Part shown: positions 15,069 through 26,869 of the stretch, piece after piece | Position numbering within the stretch: the stretch's first letter is position 1 | How the letters are laid out: every line of letters begins with the position of its first letter | From: Nageia nagi | Taxonomy: Eukaryota > Plantae > Pinophyta | Direction: 5' to 3' | DNA: 64,000 nucleotides | Assembly: GCA_050084985.1 (NCBI GenBank) | Contig: JBITNC010000002.1 | Span: forward strand, 27,156,001 to 27,220,000 | Made by a program: the position numbers and the translations under genes | The notes under the pieces: model-generated | Told to the model about the DNA's origin: nothing | What the model saw: only the letters and a program-made list of their open reading frames with translations | Databases searched by the model: none

Positions 15069-15076
15069 TATAAATA
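15069..15076 (+). promoter_or_regulatory. Putative LTR TATA box of the 3-kb solo LTR
   Basis: ctataaatataccataaggggtc, 921 bp from the element 3' end; matching motif ctataagtacccataaccgggtc lies 927 bp from the 3' end of the 6.2-kb element (17511, - strand). Confidence 0.5.
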
Positions 15077-17799
15077 TACCATAAGGGGTCTTATTATTGT
15101 AGAGTGAAAAATTTGTAAAAGAGGAGCAAACTTGAATACTTGTGCAAAAACCCCCTTATTATTAAATTAATGCAAAGTGGTGAAGTATTGAATCAAAGTG
15201 GATTTATCATCTATGGAGTTGTGGATTTGAACTTTTAGAGCTTTCTTGTGTAATTCAGATGCCTTTGCACCCTTTCCTTGAAAATTTTTGAATTTTGGGA
15301 AAACTTTTTGAATTTTTTTTAAAAGGTGCTTGATTCATTCTTAGATCGTTGCTAATCCATAACTTGCATGTTAAATGAATGTATTCTGAATTTTCTTTCA
15401 TTCTATGTCATCCAATTAGACCTTTCATTCGAAACGAGTCGGTTCATGCATTTTTTGCTAAGTTCTTTTGATTGCCAATCTGTCCTGTAAAAGGAGTATC
15501 AACAATCAGTTTTGCTCCTTGCTTCATAGTGGGAATAACTTGGACTTATGTCATTTATTTCCAGATTGATGAATTCAAATGAAATCTTTTAATCGATTTG
15601 GAAAGTAAAAGATTTAGACAATGCTTCATTGTGATAGTCACTTTGAAATCTAGCCAGTATTGGTGTTTTGTCATTCTCGTTTTATGTTTAATTTTTAACT
15701 TTTTTTTTGTAAACACAACCTTCAGTCATTGCATAAAAACACCTTAGTGCCCTATAAAAAACATGAGTTAACTTACATTACCTCTATTACACCATCAAGC
15801 TGATTCCCAAACAAGAGTTACTAAGCTATTAAAATTGAAATTGCATTTTTGCAACTTTGAATAAAAAAACTTGGGGTATCAGTCCTTACAAGAGGGGATA
15901 GATAACTCTATCTCACCTAAATGTTGGGTTGCTTTCCCATATATCGCCCCTTTGACGATCTTAGTTAGAGGATAGATTTCCTTCCCAACAGTTTTATGAC
16001 ATTTGTATCTTTGATTCCCGTATCCTAGCTATCACATGGTTATATGAGACAATAGTTGGCCAATTCCGCAATCCTCATGGCCTCTTTGACTTTATCACAA
16101 GCATTATCAGGGTCAAATAGGGTTGTCCCTTTTCATCTACCCTTTTTGGTGTCCATATCAACGAGCTTAAGAGCTTCCTTCATCACGACATTCATGTAGA
16201 TGACATTTGCTTTCTTCATCATGTGTTGATCGCTACTCTTCATTTTGTTAATGATGTGATTCTCCTCTCTCACTTTGCCAAGGGTTTATAGAGAGTTAGA
16301 TGCTCTTGCTTGCTTTTGCGATATTCAACAACTTGTAGTCTACCTCATAAAAAAAAAAGGCCATGAGTTAACACTTTTACAAATGTTGTATTTGAGTTTT
16401 AGTTCTTCTATAATGGGGAGCTTATAGAGATCACCACCTTCTACACCTACCTACTTTGAGTTTGAGACATGCCTCTCAGTCGCATCTTTATAAGGTTATG
16501 CTTCCCTCTTTATTCTAGAATGCTAGTGTTTTCATATCCATTTTCAGGATATCTCTTCAAAGATGCATCTCTTCAATGCTACATGTCGACATGACTTTCT
16601 TTCCTCCCTGTGGGAAACAACACTGCAATGGTGAGGTAGCATTACTTACCCCCACTTGAAAGGACTCTAACCCCAAGGTTTATGCGTCTTCGAAGCTCAA
16701 ACGGGTCTCTCGTGATTTTGGACGGACAATTTGGCAATTGGTTTTCTTTCATCGCAGAAATGACTCAGGTGAGGATGTGCTCGGGGTGGTTAACTCAATT
16801 TATTTACGGACCTATTAGGCTTTGTCTTCGGTTTTTTCTTTGTCTGCATGATGATACCTAAAAGCAAAAGGATAAGGAGGGAAGTGAGGAGGGTTTGGCA
16901 GTTGATGATAGGATAAGTAGTGATTGCTTACCGTTGTACAGGGTTTGGGGGATTTAGCTTTCGGATTTATTAGGAGTTTTTGTTGGGAGTATCAAGCGAG
17001 GAAGGAAACGACTTGGTCCGGATCTTTCTCAAGCAAGAGCATTAGGCGGTAGTCTGGATGGACTATGATGTGTGAAGTAAGATGATCATTCAATTATCCA
17101 TTTCCCAGCAGATAAGACCAATCAAATATCATAAAAGCAAAGTAATCCCAAAATACTACAACTTTATGCAAATTGTAGAGACGGCTATTCAGACATTTAA
17201 GAAAAATATTCAATTGTCTTTCCCTAAAGTGCCGAACTTTTAAAGGAAATGCTTGTAAATGTACAAGTAACACAACAACATGATCAACAAGTCATATACA
17301 CAAATGCAATCCCATGAAATAAACAACCATACTTGCATTAGTAATAAAGCTTCCCAAAATGATAAGTCATACATACATGCATTGGAAACCTCAACTCCAA
17401 ATATGCTATCAAAAGATGTGCATTCAGCTCATAAAGAACTCTTTCTGTATATCCCTCTTTATCTCTCCTTTCATCTATATCAAAAAAATGACCCGGTTAT
17501 GGGTACTTATAGCATACGTTTGACAACTTCATTAAATGAAGCGTCACCCTAACATTAATCATAAAGTTGCCATAAACAACCATGCAACACTAATACCACA
17601 TTGAAAAAAGCAAACCATCAACAAAAAGAAACTGTGGCTACACAACACCACTCAAACGTCACATCGACATCTGATCACACTAGATCGGATCATATCACAT
17701 TGTCACATCAAAGTTTGTTTGCAACTATGGGAGCAAAAACTCATCTGTCATAGCGCAAATTTCAAAAATGATAAAATCTCAAAACAGATAATAAAATAT

Positions 17800-20700
17800 G
17801 CATTTCCCAATTATCCCTCTGTGGGATCGACAATTTTGGCGTGAGTAGCAACAAAGACGTCCTTAGGAATCCCATGAGACCTATCGTCGAAGAAATCCTT
17901 AGCCTTGGCAAGTCCTACGGCGAGTGCGCCTGGCAACTCTTCATCTTTTCCGTTACGAAGTCAAGGATGAACTGAGAAGTGGCCTCCATCTAGAATTTCC
18001 AAACTTCTAGGTTCTATTGATTTTTAATGTGAGTTCCAACCCTCAACAGATTCACATCCTTTGTGAAGATGAGCTCCCTTATGACATTTTGAACTTCTTG
18101 CACTACGAACTCAACTCGCCTTGCACTCCCCGTCCTCGTTAATGAAGATGATTGGTTGCACGAACTGGCTCAATTGAAAGGTTAGAGCGAACAACAAATC
18201 GGTTCTTGTCTGAGTGAGGTTAGCACATTCTCTTGCTTCAAACCTTAGCCAACGCAAATGATAAGCGAACTCCTGGCAGTACTGCACTCGGCTGGGATTT
18301 GTCCCTTAGATGCCCTTGTGATGTTCTAGATGTTTTCATGATTCTGGATATCTTGCAATAGTTGGAAAATAGTTGCGATCATGTTCTCCTCTCCCTTTTG
18401 TTCATCCATGAGGGCAACCAATAGGAGTGAAAGCTCATTGACCACTCTCATCACAACGTTGACCAGGGTCTCCTTAGTTGTCGTCACACCAATGTTTAGC
18501 GAGGGCTATACTTCAATATCTTCGACTGTCATTTTAGCAGCTTCTATCTCTTTTACCAGTTTATTCTTATGAGCCAAGTCCCTTTTTAACTTCTTGACCA
18601 TGTTTTCCCTTTCGTTCCCTTGTCTGACCATCTCATCCACATTATAATTGATAGCGTGCTTGCGTCCTGCCCACCCGATTTTCTTCACTTTGAACTCCTC
18701 GGTGTGGACCTGCACGTCCTGCAAGTCTTGCGGATGTTTCTTTTTGGAATAACATCTATTGATGATCACTTTATCATTTTTCATAGACACAGGTATCTAT
18801 TTCTTCGATCGGAGAGTTCTCTGATGTATTTTCCCTCCTTTGGCTAGACTTGTCACCATCACTTCTGTAGCTCATTTGGAGATCTTTGATGACTGCATCA
18901 ATATCAAAATCATATTCTTTTTGAGGATCAGAACTTGATGCAATATTAGCCAAAGTGGTGTTTGTATTTGCAGGGGCGGACTCTCTAGGAATCTCCTCGA
19001 TTCTTAGTTGCTGGATCTTAATTTCAACTGGCCTTTCCTTGCTTTTTGATGGTTTATGGCTGCCATGTTCTTGCTGTTTTCTCTTCTTTCTTTGCTGCTC
19101 ATTTTCGCCTTTGTCTTCTTCATCTCCTCCGTCGCTAGCCGTAGAAGCTTTGCTTAAGTTTGAGGGCTTGCTTGGGGTCATTCAAGGCGCTTCCCTAGGG
19201 GATGATCTCCTTTTCCTCCTTGGGGTGGTGGATTCTGAAGAAGTAACCTGCTTCACTGATGTCGACGCAGTAGGCAAAGTCTTGCCAATCTCCTCCGTCT
19301 CGGATTCTGCCTCAATATCTATAATTTGGGTATCATTTGCGTCAAACTACGAGTCTTCGCTATCCTCATGCTCTTTTTTGGTTTCACTTTTTGAATTAGA
19401 TTCATGCGAACTTGAAGATTCAGAGGATGTCTTAGAATCAGAGGATGAGCTTGAGTGATCAGGCTCTTCAGGTTGGTTTGTTGTGGGAGCATGATCTTGA
19501 ATTTTTGCCTCAATAGCCTCTGGAAATGAGTTTCCTGCATGGTCTTCAACGGGCATCAAAAGGTTTGGGATGGCCAAAGGATCCTCAGCTTGGATGGGTA
19601 CAAAAGGCATCATGGGGACTTCCTTAGGGAGAGCATCTTCAAGTTGCCGAAGTGGAAAATCCAGATACCCTATCTCCTTCATGATGTCAACATCTTTAGT
19701 GATTTCTTTGACAATGGTATGGACCCTAGGCTTGGTGCCATCCAAAGTGGCATGTTCTTCTACCCATCCTTGGTGTTTCCTTACTCTCAAGGAGTAAGTG
19801 GACTTATCAGTTGGGACTTCCCGTGGGTCATTTAAGCTCTAGATTCTTCGGTCAATCCGTCCCTCAGCTGCCAAAATTTGGTGTACCTCTTGAATTTGCT
19901 TCTTCTCCCTCTTGTTCCTGTACCTTTCTTTGTCTCCGAGAGGTCTATGCTCAAAGGTTACAGGGTTTTTGAAGGCCCGTCTATAAAAACATTGAATTCT
20001 TCCTTTAGGATCATAATGGGAAGCTACTTGCTCCTCACTGAAATGGTAGTATGACAGTTCAATGCTCATTTCCTTGGCCTCCTGCGAAGTTGAGCAAGTG
20101 TATTCCCTGATGGAAATGGGGAGGTTTGTGGTGGCATTCTTCTTCTTCCAAACATTCTCATATAAAAACAACAATTGTCTGTAGAACTCCATGAGGACAA
20201 GGCGATTGTTGGTGTATCGGGGTAAGAGATAAGGCCTGATTTTAGAGCCATATACCCGAATATATGTGTGTGTGGGGTCTTGCAGAAAGTAATCTGCATG
20301 CCCTCGGATGGCCTCAACGGCAGAATTAGATATTCTCTTCACCATTTGCTTCCCTTTCATCTCCTTGTACATCTGATATTCCCACCCATCATTCATTATG
20401 GCATAATAGTCCCATTTGGACTCTAGCCACCACTTGGGGTAAGCCCTACATATGGGTTTCTTCGGGTTATTCAAGATTTCCATGTCTGTATGGGCTGATT
20501 TTCTATTTCTGCCATGGAGGAGAAGGAAAACAAGATAGGAATTCATGTAGAATCTCTTCGAGGAGCGAATATGAGCTAATTGGAACAACAGGGAATCACT
20601 TTTCAACTTGCTCCACTTTATTACAATGAACCCGATGAATTACTTTCGGATCTTGAAATCGTCCTCTTTGCTAGTGACCTTGGATAGCATACTGATGATT

Positions 20701-21282
20701 CTAGACACTGTGGGGTAGAAGTTCTGCCTCTTTGCAGTTATCAATTTATTCCCCATAAATCCCTTACTCTCATTTTTGAGCCAATCTCTGATGAGATCCC
20801 CGGCTTGTGGAGACTTCTCATAGTAATCTAGGGAATCCTTTTCAGTATAGACAACTCCTTTGCCATTCCGTTTGGAAGCCTCCTCAATCCCTTGTGAAGA
20901 GAAGTCAAGGATCTTTTTACCATCGATGTCATAGAGGGCGCGGTTTTTTGAAGTTGGCATGCCTGCCTACTTCGTAGCATAGCTCGGGAAAAGGAACAAC
21001 AAAAGGGATTAGGATGGCTATGGCTAGCCCTGACGTGCATATGATCTCCTTGAGGATGTGAACTTTATCTAATTCCCCAATGGCTTGCAATGTCCGGATT
21101 GGATCAGTATGCGACCAACTGGTATCTTGGATGTTGGTGAAACTGTTTTTGAATCTGTCATGTCTCAAGGGATCCTCAAGATTTTCTTTAACAAGCTCGA
21201 TTTGACTGGGCTCGATCAGTCTGGCCAGCTGTGAATCTTTGGTTCTTCCTAATTTAGAATTTATCTTCGTCATCTCAAACAT
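17800..21282 (-). pseudogene. Frameshifted ~1100-codon TE accessory ORF of unknown function (globular N-half, acidic/Ser-rich linker, predicted coiled-coil C-half); 3' end approximate
   Basis: Consecutive minus-strand ORF pieces 20929-21282, 20640-20960, 19839-20606, 19347-19790, 18774-19181, 18506-18790; motifs FYMNSYLVFLL, TYIRVYG..PYLLPRY..RLVLME..RQ, YDPKG. Confidence 0.75.
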
Positions 21283-21466
21283 GCATAAGTAGACTGGGTT
21301 AGTAGCAACTAGACTTCGACAGATGCTAGTGGTTGTATGGGGGTGGTGAAGAATGATGCAAGAAAGGTAAGATGCCTGGCATAATGCCTTAATGCAAATG
21401 CAATAGACTTGACAATAAATGTTTGTGAGGATAAGTTTTCAACATGTGTTCATTTTCATGTAAAAG

Positions 21467-22391
21467 CATGGTCGCATGTTCTCTAAGAGATGCAATTGTA
21501 ACATTTCTAAACCATGCGATCAGGTGAACTGGACCAAAATGCAAAAAAGAGTGGTCACACATTTTTCAAAGGATGCAAATGTAACTTGTTGGGGCCATGC
21601 GAACACCTTCAAAGTGCCTTTAGCAAGTACTTAGCCAAATTTTGAGGGTAAAAACTCTAGACACGAGGTGGTTGCAGCTTTCCGGAAAGATAAGATTGTG
21701 ACTTCCTTAAACTATGCGACCACTTTATGGATGCTAGACATTGGACCAACTTAGTAAAAATGAATGTCCTTCCCCCTTTATAGCAGACTACTTTGCCAGG
21801 TGTCCCCAGTTGAGTGGTTAGAATGAAGGTCCAATGTGGGTAAGACAAACTTCAGGTTTTTGTATCCAATGCTTGGGAGAGGGTGTTCGCATGCTTTTCA
21901 AAAGATGGAAACCTATCCTACCCGAACCATGTAAACACCCCTTTGATGCTTGTGACCAAACACTTAGCCAATTTTTGAAGGCCAGAACTTGAGAAATGAG
22001 GTGGTCGTTCCCTTTTAGAAATATGAAATTGTAACTTTTTCAAACCATGTGACCACCTTTGAATGCTGCATGTTGGGTCAGCTAAGGTGAGAATGGGTGG
22101 CTTCCTTCCTTTTATAGCAACCTTGCTTGGCAGGTGTCTTCAGCTGTACGACCAAAGTGATGGCCCAATGAAGTCAAGACAAGCCTCTTAGTGCACGTCC
22201 AACGTCCAAGTGAGGGTGGTCGCATTGTTTTTGAAAGATGAGATTGTAACCCTTTCAAACCATGCAGACACCTTTGGATGAGGGATTTTGAAATACATTA
22301 GTCAATTTTGGAGGCTCGAAACTTGCTTTGAGAGGTGGTTGCATTCTTCTAAAAAGGTGAAACTGTGACTTCTTTACATCGTGTGACCACC
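21467..22391. repeat. Array of seven 58-bp boxes with inverted 10-bp arms (GGTGGTCGCA-N38-TGCGACCACC consensus) in a ~333-bp higher-order repeat
   Basis: Boxes start at 21467, 21550, 21667, 21882, 22000, 22215, 22334; spacings 83, 117, 215, 118, 215, 119; minus-strand TATAAA at 21777-21782 and 22111-22116. Confidence 0.85.
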
Positions 22392-22813
22392 TTTGGGGGG
22401 TATTGAAATGGAACATGACTTAGCTATTTCTCCTCCCCTTTTGGTTTTATAGTGATTCTTGGGGATGGCCTTTTAAAAGACAAGTGCAGATTCATGGCCA
22501 CTCGTGCAATCTTGATGGCTTTGCCCGTTTTCGAACATGATTTGAATTCCCGTAGATGCTTGGATCCCTTCATTCTTGTTCCCACAAATGGGTACTTAGA
22601 AAGCTTTTTTTTTGTTGTAAGCAAGCCTTTTGGGTGCATTTTAAAGTTGCACTTCGGGCTTTTCTGATTGGTTTTCTCTCCATCATGCCCTGAAATGCTT
22701 CTATGTTCGAACCTTCTGATTTGCTTCCCAGGTTGAGGGCCCCCCACCTTTTTCGCAAAAAAAGAGGGGTGTATTGGGCGTCAACACTACATTCGACCCA
22801 TTACCACCTATGG

Positions 22814-24415
22814 TGTAATATTCTGGATTATGACGGATCCGGAATTGTGCCAAAGGGGCACTCCTAGGCTAGCTAGAAGGCACCTTAGCTAGCAAACAAC
22901 CCGTTCATGTACTAGTAAACCCTATCCAAGATCTCCAAATGGTAGATATATAGCCTCCAAGGGCTAAACTGGCACTCCACAATCTAACGTTGGGGTCTTG
23001 AGTGACCCAACGTCTCACCTCTAGTGCATAAACTCAATAGCACATCCAAAATACCAAACGTTTAGCCTTAAAGCAAGAATTCATCCACGAACATGCAATT
23101 ATGCTAAAGTAAACCCAAAGTCCAAGCAAGACAGCAGATTTAATGAAATATAGCATGCACAATCCCAATGTCTGGCACACTAGGGAAAGACTTTGAAAGT
23201 TAACATAATAATTGAGCCCTAAATGTAATCTAATAATATTGCAATGAGCATCAAATTACATGCCTTGTCTTAGAGCAAATGATGCCCTAGCTGAAGATCT
23301 TCAAGAAAGAAGCTGAGAACAATGATATAGCATCAGGGCTGTCCCACAAATGGGCAAGGCTTGAACCAAGTCTTCCTCCTCTGCAAACTATGGCTAAGAC
23401 ATCAAGGTCTCTAACAGTGTTAAGATAATCTAGGGTAATGCCAATACCCCTAGATAGCTAGCAAGCCTTTGGGGTGCGGTATGCCTCAAAGTAGCGATCC
23501 GTACAACCTTAAAACCTTGCTAAGCTTCAATACCTCGCTTGAGGGTTTTCATTTGCAAGAGGCAACAGAAGGAGTCGACGTCTGCAATCTGAAGAAGAGA
23601 GAAAAGATTCCAAACAAGCATAGCTTCAAGTGAGCTCTCATCTCCCTTTTATAGCATCCAAATCACCCTCTTGTCCAACGTCCACCTTCTAGATGCATTG
23701 GGATGGATGTAATCATGTTCCATGGTCTAGATTTGTCCATGGGATGAGATGTTGCACCTTGGTGTCTTCGTGTGTGCCTCGAGATTACAAAAGTTGCATC
23801 AAAGGGGCTCAATTCACCCTTAGGAATCATATTACATCTCGAGATGCCAAATTACACTCATCAAGGCTAAGAATATGCAACATCTCTTTAGAAGAGACAA
23901 ATATTGCATTTACATATATAATATTGCCTTAGTATTATAATTACAACAATATTTTGGCATCCTTAAATGGCCCACGCCAAATATTTATGCTAATTAAAAA
24001 TAACAATAAATGACTCCTCGAGTTGGATGTCCCATGTTGGAGAGCCTCCAAGTGGGACTCATATTTAATAGGGCCGAAATATTAAAATATTTCTAATTAA
24101 ATATACATCATACCTGAATTATAGAAATAATAATTGCACATCCCTAGGAGAGGGACGTCACATTTCCAAGAGTTAACTGGAAATAGAATTATGGATTCCT
24201 GTTCACGTGCAATATGACTATTCTGGCTTGGATGAACTTCAAAGTGCCATATCTCCTTCGTTTTTTGAAGAGACCATATCATGTAACCTATCAAAACGAT
24301 TGGTTTGAGATTCTCTACCCATTTTCGGTGATAAATTGACAATTCCTAGCTTGTGGAGGACGGAGTCCCTCCAAGACTAAAAGTGAGTGGAACTCCAAAT
24401 TTTGGGAATATTACA
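22814..24415 (-). mobile_element. Solo LTR, family A (1602 bp)
   Basis: TGTAATATTC...GAATATTACA (10-bp inverted repeat); perfect TSD TATGG (22809-22813, 24416-24420). Confidence 0.92.
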
Positions 24416-26756
24416 TATGGATTGGAGGTTTGGACACCCAGTTTACAATCCATTGATCAGGCTCACCTTGAGCAGTTTCAAACATTGATGTCCTAGCATT
24501 TGATTTGTTGTAAATAGATAGTTATATAGTTCATTGTCTAGGTAGAGTTCGTTGCTTCACCTCTTTTGGATTATTCTTTATATTCATAAACTTATATCCA
24601 TGGGGTCTTCACCTCTAAGGAGATACCCATTTCTAGCTCTTTGCTCAGATGAGGATACCACCTTTTCAAGCTCTGCCAAGCATCGACATTGTTGGTCTCC
24701 AAGACTTTTTTACTTATGTAGTCTATCAATATTTCCATTGATCAAATTCCTTCCTTCGAACATTCTTTGGTCTCTGCCCTTCGACCTCATCTTTTGAGGG
24801 ATAGCACTTGCAAGTTGGTTTGTGTTGATATTTGCTGACAATACAATCTCACTGCATGTACTTCTTTGTCTTCACCTCTTAGCCCTAAGATGGCTTTTTA
24901 TGGGGAGCCCTTTCTTCAAGTAGTTGATGAAATCATTTGCCAACCCATCTAGTTTTAGTACCATTGGTCACATGGCTTGAAAGTCCTTGTTTGTCAGTTG
25001 AGAGTATGTTCCCACCAACTTTATTTTGACTTTCACCATCATATTCTGCATGAGGAGCGTGTCTGTCATCTTTACTCCATCTATAAAGTGGAGTCCAAGG
25101 ATCACTTTAATTTAAAATGCCCTACCTACTATGAAATATGGAGGAGGTTCCACTTCCTATTCAGAGACTTCGACAAGTGTCTTTCCACCTTCTAGTATCC
25201 TAATCAACATACTTGGCCCTTTATATTAAAAAATATGTCTCTTAGATGCAAATCTTTATAGGGGACACGCGTAGCCCCCATAACTACCAAGTTAATTACT
25301 TCCTTATTTCAACCCATCACTTTTATAGGGGGTGTTAAGCACTTGTGAGACACGTACAACTCCCACACAGATAATGACATGTTAGTCATTGACACTTCAT
25401 CTCGCACTACTACCTAGGTCCTCCAATGACCCTTCCCACCCTAGACATCACCGATTTGTTTCTAACTAGCAACAATGCTCATCCTCGCATTTGTCATTGA
25501 AGCAATGTAGGCAATCTTTTATTACCACCTTTTTCATTGCTACTAGTGGTCCTAAACCCTAAACCAGCTGCAACTTTTGATTTCCCCAAAATGGCACAGC
25601 TAGATTGCCCCAACTTAGGGCTCTTCCGCCTACCATTCTTGGTTCTTGCTTAGGGTCTTTTGCGATAGCTGACATCTTAGTTGATGGTCCTCCAAATCTA
25701 TGTTGCTCTCCAAGTTTTTGACAGTGCACAACCTCTTGTTGTGATCCTCCTATTCGACATCTCTTGATTCTCTTCTTTTCAGTAGAGGGGCCCTCCTCTA
25801 TTGGTTTTGTAATTTTAGGGTTAGGGTTCGGCGTTTTTTTTCTCCCCATACCTCTTCATCTGTTTGTTATAATCAGCTTTCTTTTCAAGGTCTTTTTCCC
25901 CTAATTCTTATCTATTTCTTCAGTTGTACTTCCAAGTCCCTTTGACCTTTTCGGTCACCTATGGATGTTAATATAATTATCTTATCCCATATAACACACA
26001 ATTGATTGCATTTTATTGTAATTTATTTGTTTTCTTCAAACATTTGAATGAAAAAGATAGATACTTGTAATTATTATTCTTAGGACAATTCTAAATTGCA
26101 ACATAGGCTTTCCTGGAATTTGCAGGTTTGTTTCACTGTCTGCTATGGTCTGGGGGAAATGATGAAGCAGACATGAGCTAATTACAATACAAGTGGTTCC
26201 AATTTAAACTCTTTACAAATTGTTTCTGAACTATCTAGTCTGATTCTTCTCGCAAGAGCCACAATAAGGATGTATATATTCGTAGGGCAGATTCCTGGTG
26301 TTGGGCAGAAACTGAGATGATTTCCTTATGTGCTAACTAAAACTGTCTTTTACTTCAATCGGGTAATTAGAGATAAAGTTTATTGGGTAATTCCTCTTAT
26401 TTTACAACTAGGTGCTTATTACCACATAATTGTTATTGATTGAATGCTTTTTCTTCTGAGCGCATGTCTTACTTCTTTGTTTAAAAGTATGCAATTTTGC
26501 TTGACCTGGATTGTCTACTATTCCTAATGATGCAGTTAATCTAGTACCCTATAATTATGTTTTTCTAACCATATGCATAATCTCATGACCAAGTGAATAA
26601 GATTGTTATTGCACTGAAAGGCAATAACTCCCTGTTCTAATGATTCCACATATTTATCTCTTTATTATATATGCTGATAGTCATACATTGTAATGTTAAA
26701 TATTTTTTGTTCTGATTTCTTCTTCTTCTGTCCAACTGAATGTCCATGTGCTTCAG

Positions 26757-26869
26757 GTGTCTCCCACAAAGTATAGGGGTGCACTAGGAGCTATGCCTCA
26801 ACTTGGAACATGTTCTGGAATAATAGTAGCATTGGTCTTAGGAATATCTTGTGAAACAGATTCTCATTG
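26757..26869 (+). CDS. Sugar transporter exon (VSPTKYRGALGAMPQLGTCSGIIVALVLGISCETDSHW)
   Basis: cttcag| acceptor, TG|gtaaga donor; in frame with the previous exon. Confidence 0.94.

Larger units (their letters stand above)
12995..15990 (+). mobile_element. Long solo LTR, family B (2996 bp), no long ORF
   Basis: TATTG (decayed TGTTG)...CCCAACA; TSD gtttc/gtttt; removing it restores the LINE RT reading; both ends similar to those of 16584-22786. Confidence 0.82.
16584..22786 (-). mobile_element. 6.2-kb TG..CA unit (giant solo LTR, family B) containing a long decayed ORF
   Basis: TGTCGAC...GTCAACA; perfect TSD CTACA (16579-16583, 22787-22791); no internal LTR pair, PBS or gag/pol motif seen; flanks rejoin as LINE ORF2. 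Confidence 0.85.
11480..25550 (+). mobile_element. Degenerate LINE (RTEX-like), copy B, split by three solo LTRs; ends approximate
   Basis: ORF1 end KIYLDVYLT.LQVEE (~11775); endonuclease remnant HSGGAIVVDYVL (~12430); RT IIEEAHQWSSKVFYCFVDFKKALDS (~12890); RVK*GCPFSSTLFG (~16110); YIRPITTYGLEVW rebuilt across the 16584 and 22814 insertions; C-terminal LRVCSHQL..EERVC..ESKDHF..CPTYYEI (24977-25195). Confidence 0.8.

Noticed and set aside
18955-19458. 167-aa plus-strand ORF
   Set aside because: Antisense shadow of the low-complexity linker of the minus-strand accessory ORF.
21467-22391. CRISPR-like array
   Set aside because: Eukaryotic context, degenerate repeats, intervening sequences that are themselves repeated, and no cas genes.
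16584-22786. Intact two-LTR retrotransposon, LARD/TRIM, or DNA transposon
   Set aside because: No terminal direct repeats, no PBS/PPT, no long TIRs and no DDE motif recognised.
25551-25828. Inverted telomere-like motifs (cctaaaccctaaacc and ttttagggttagggtt)
   Set aside because: Only about two units each; too short to call an interstitial telomere.
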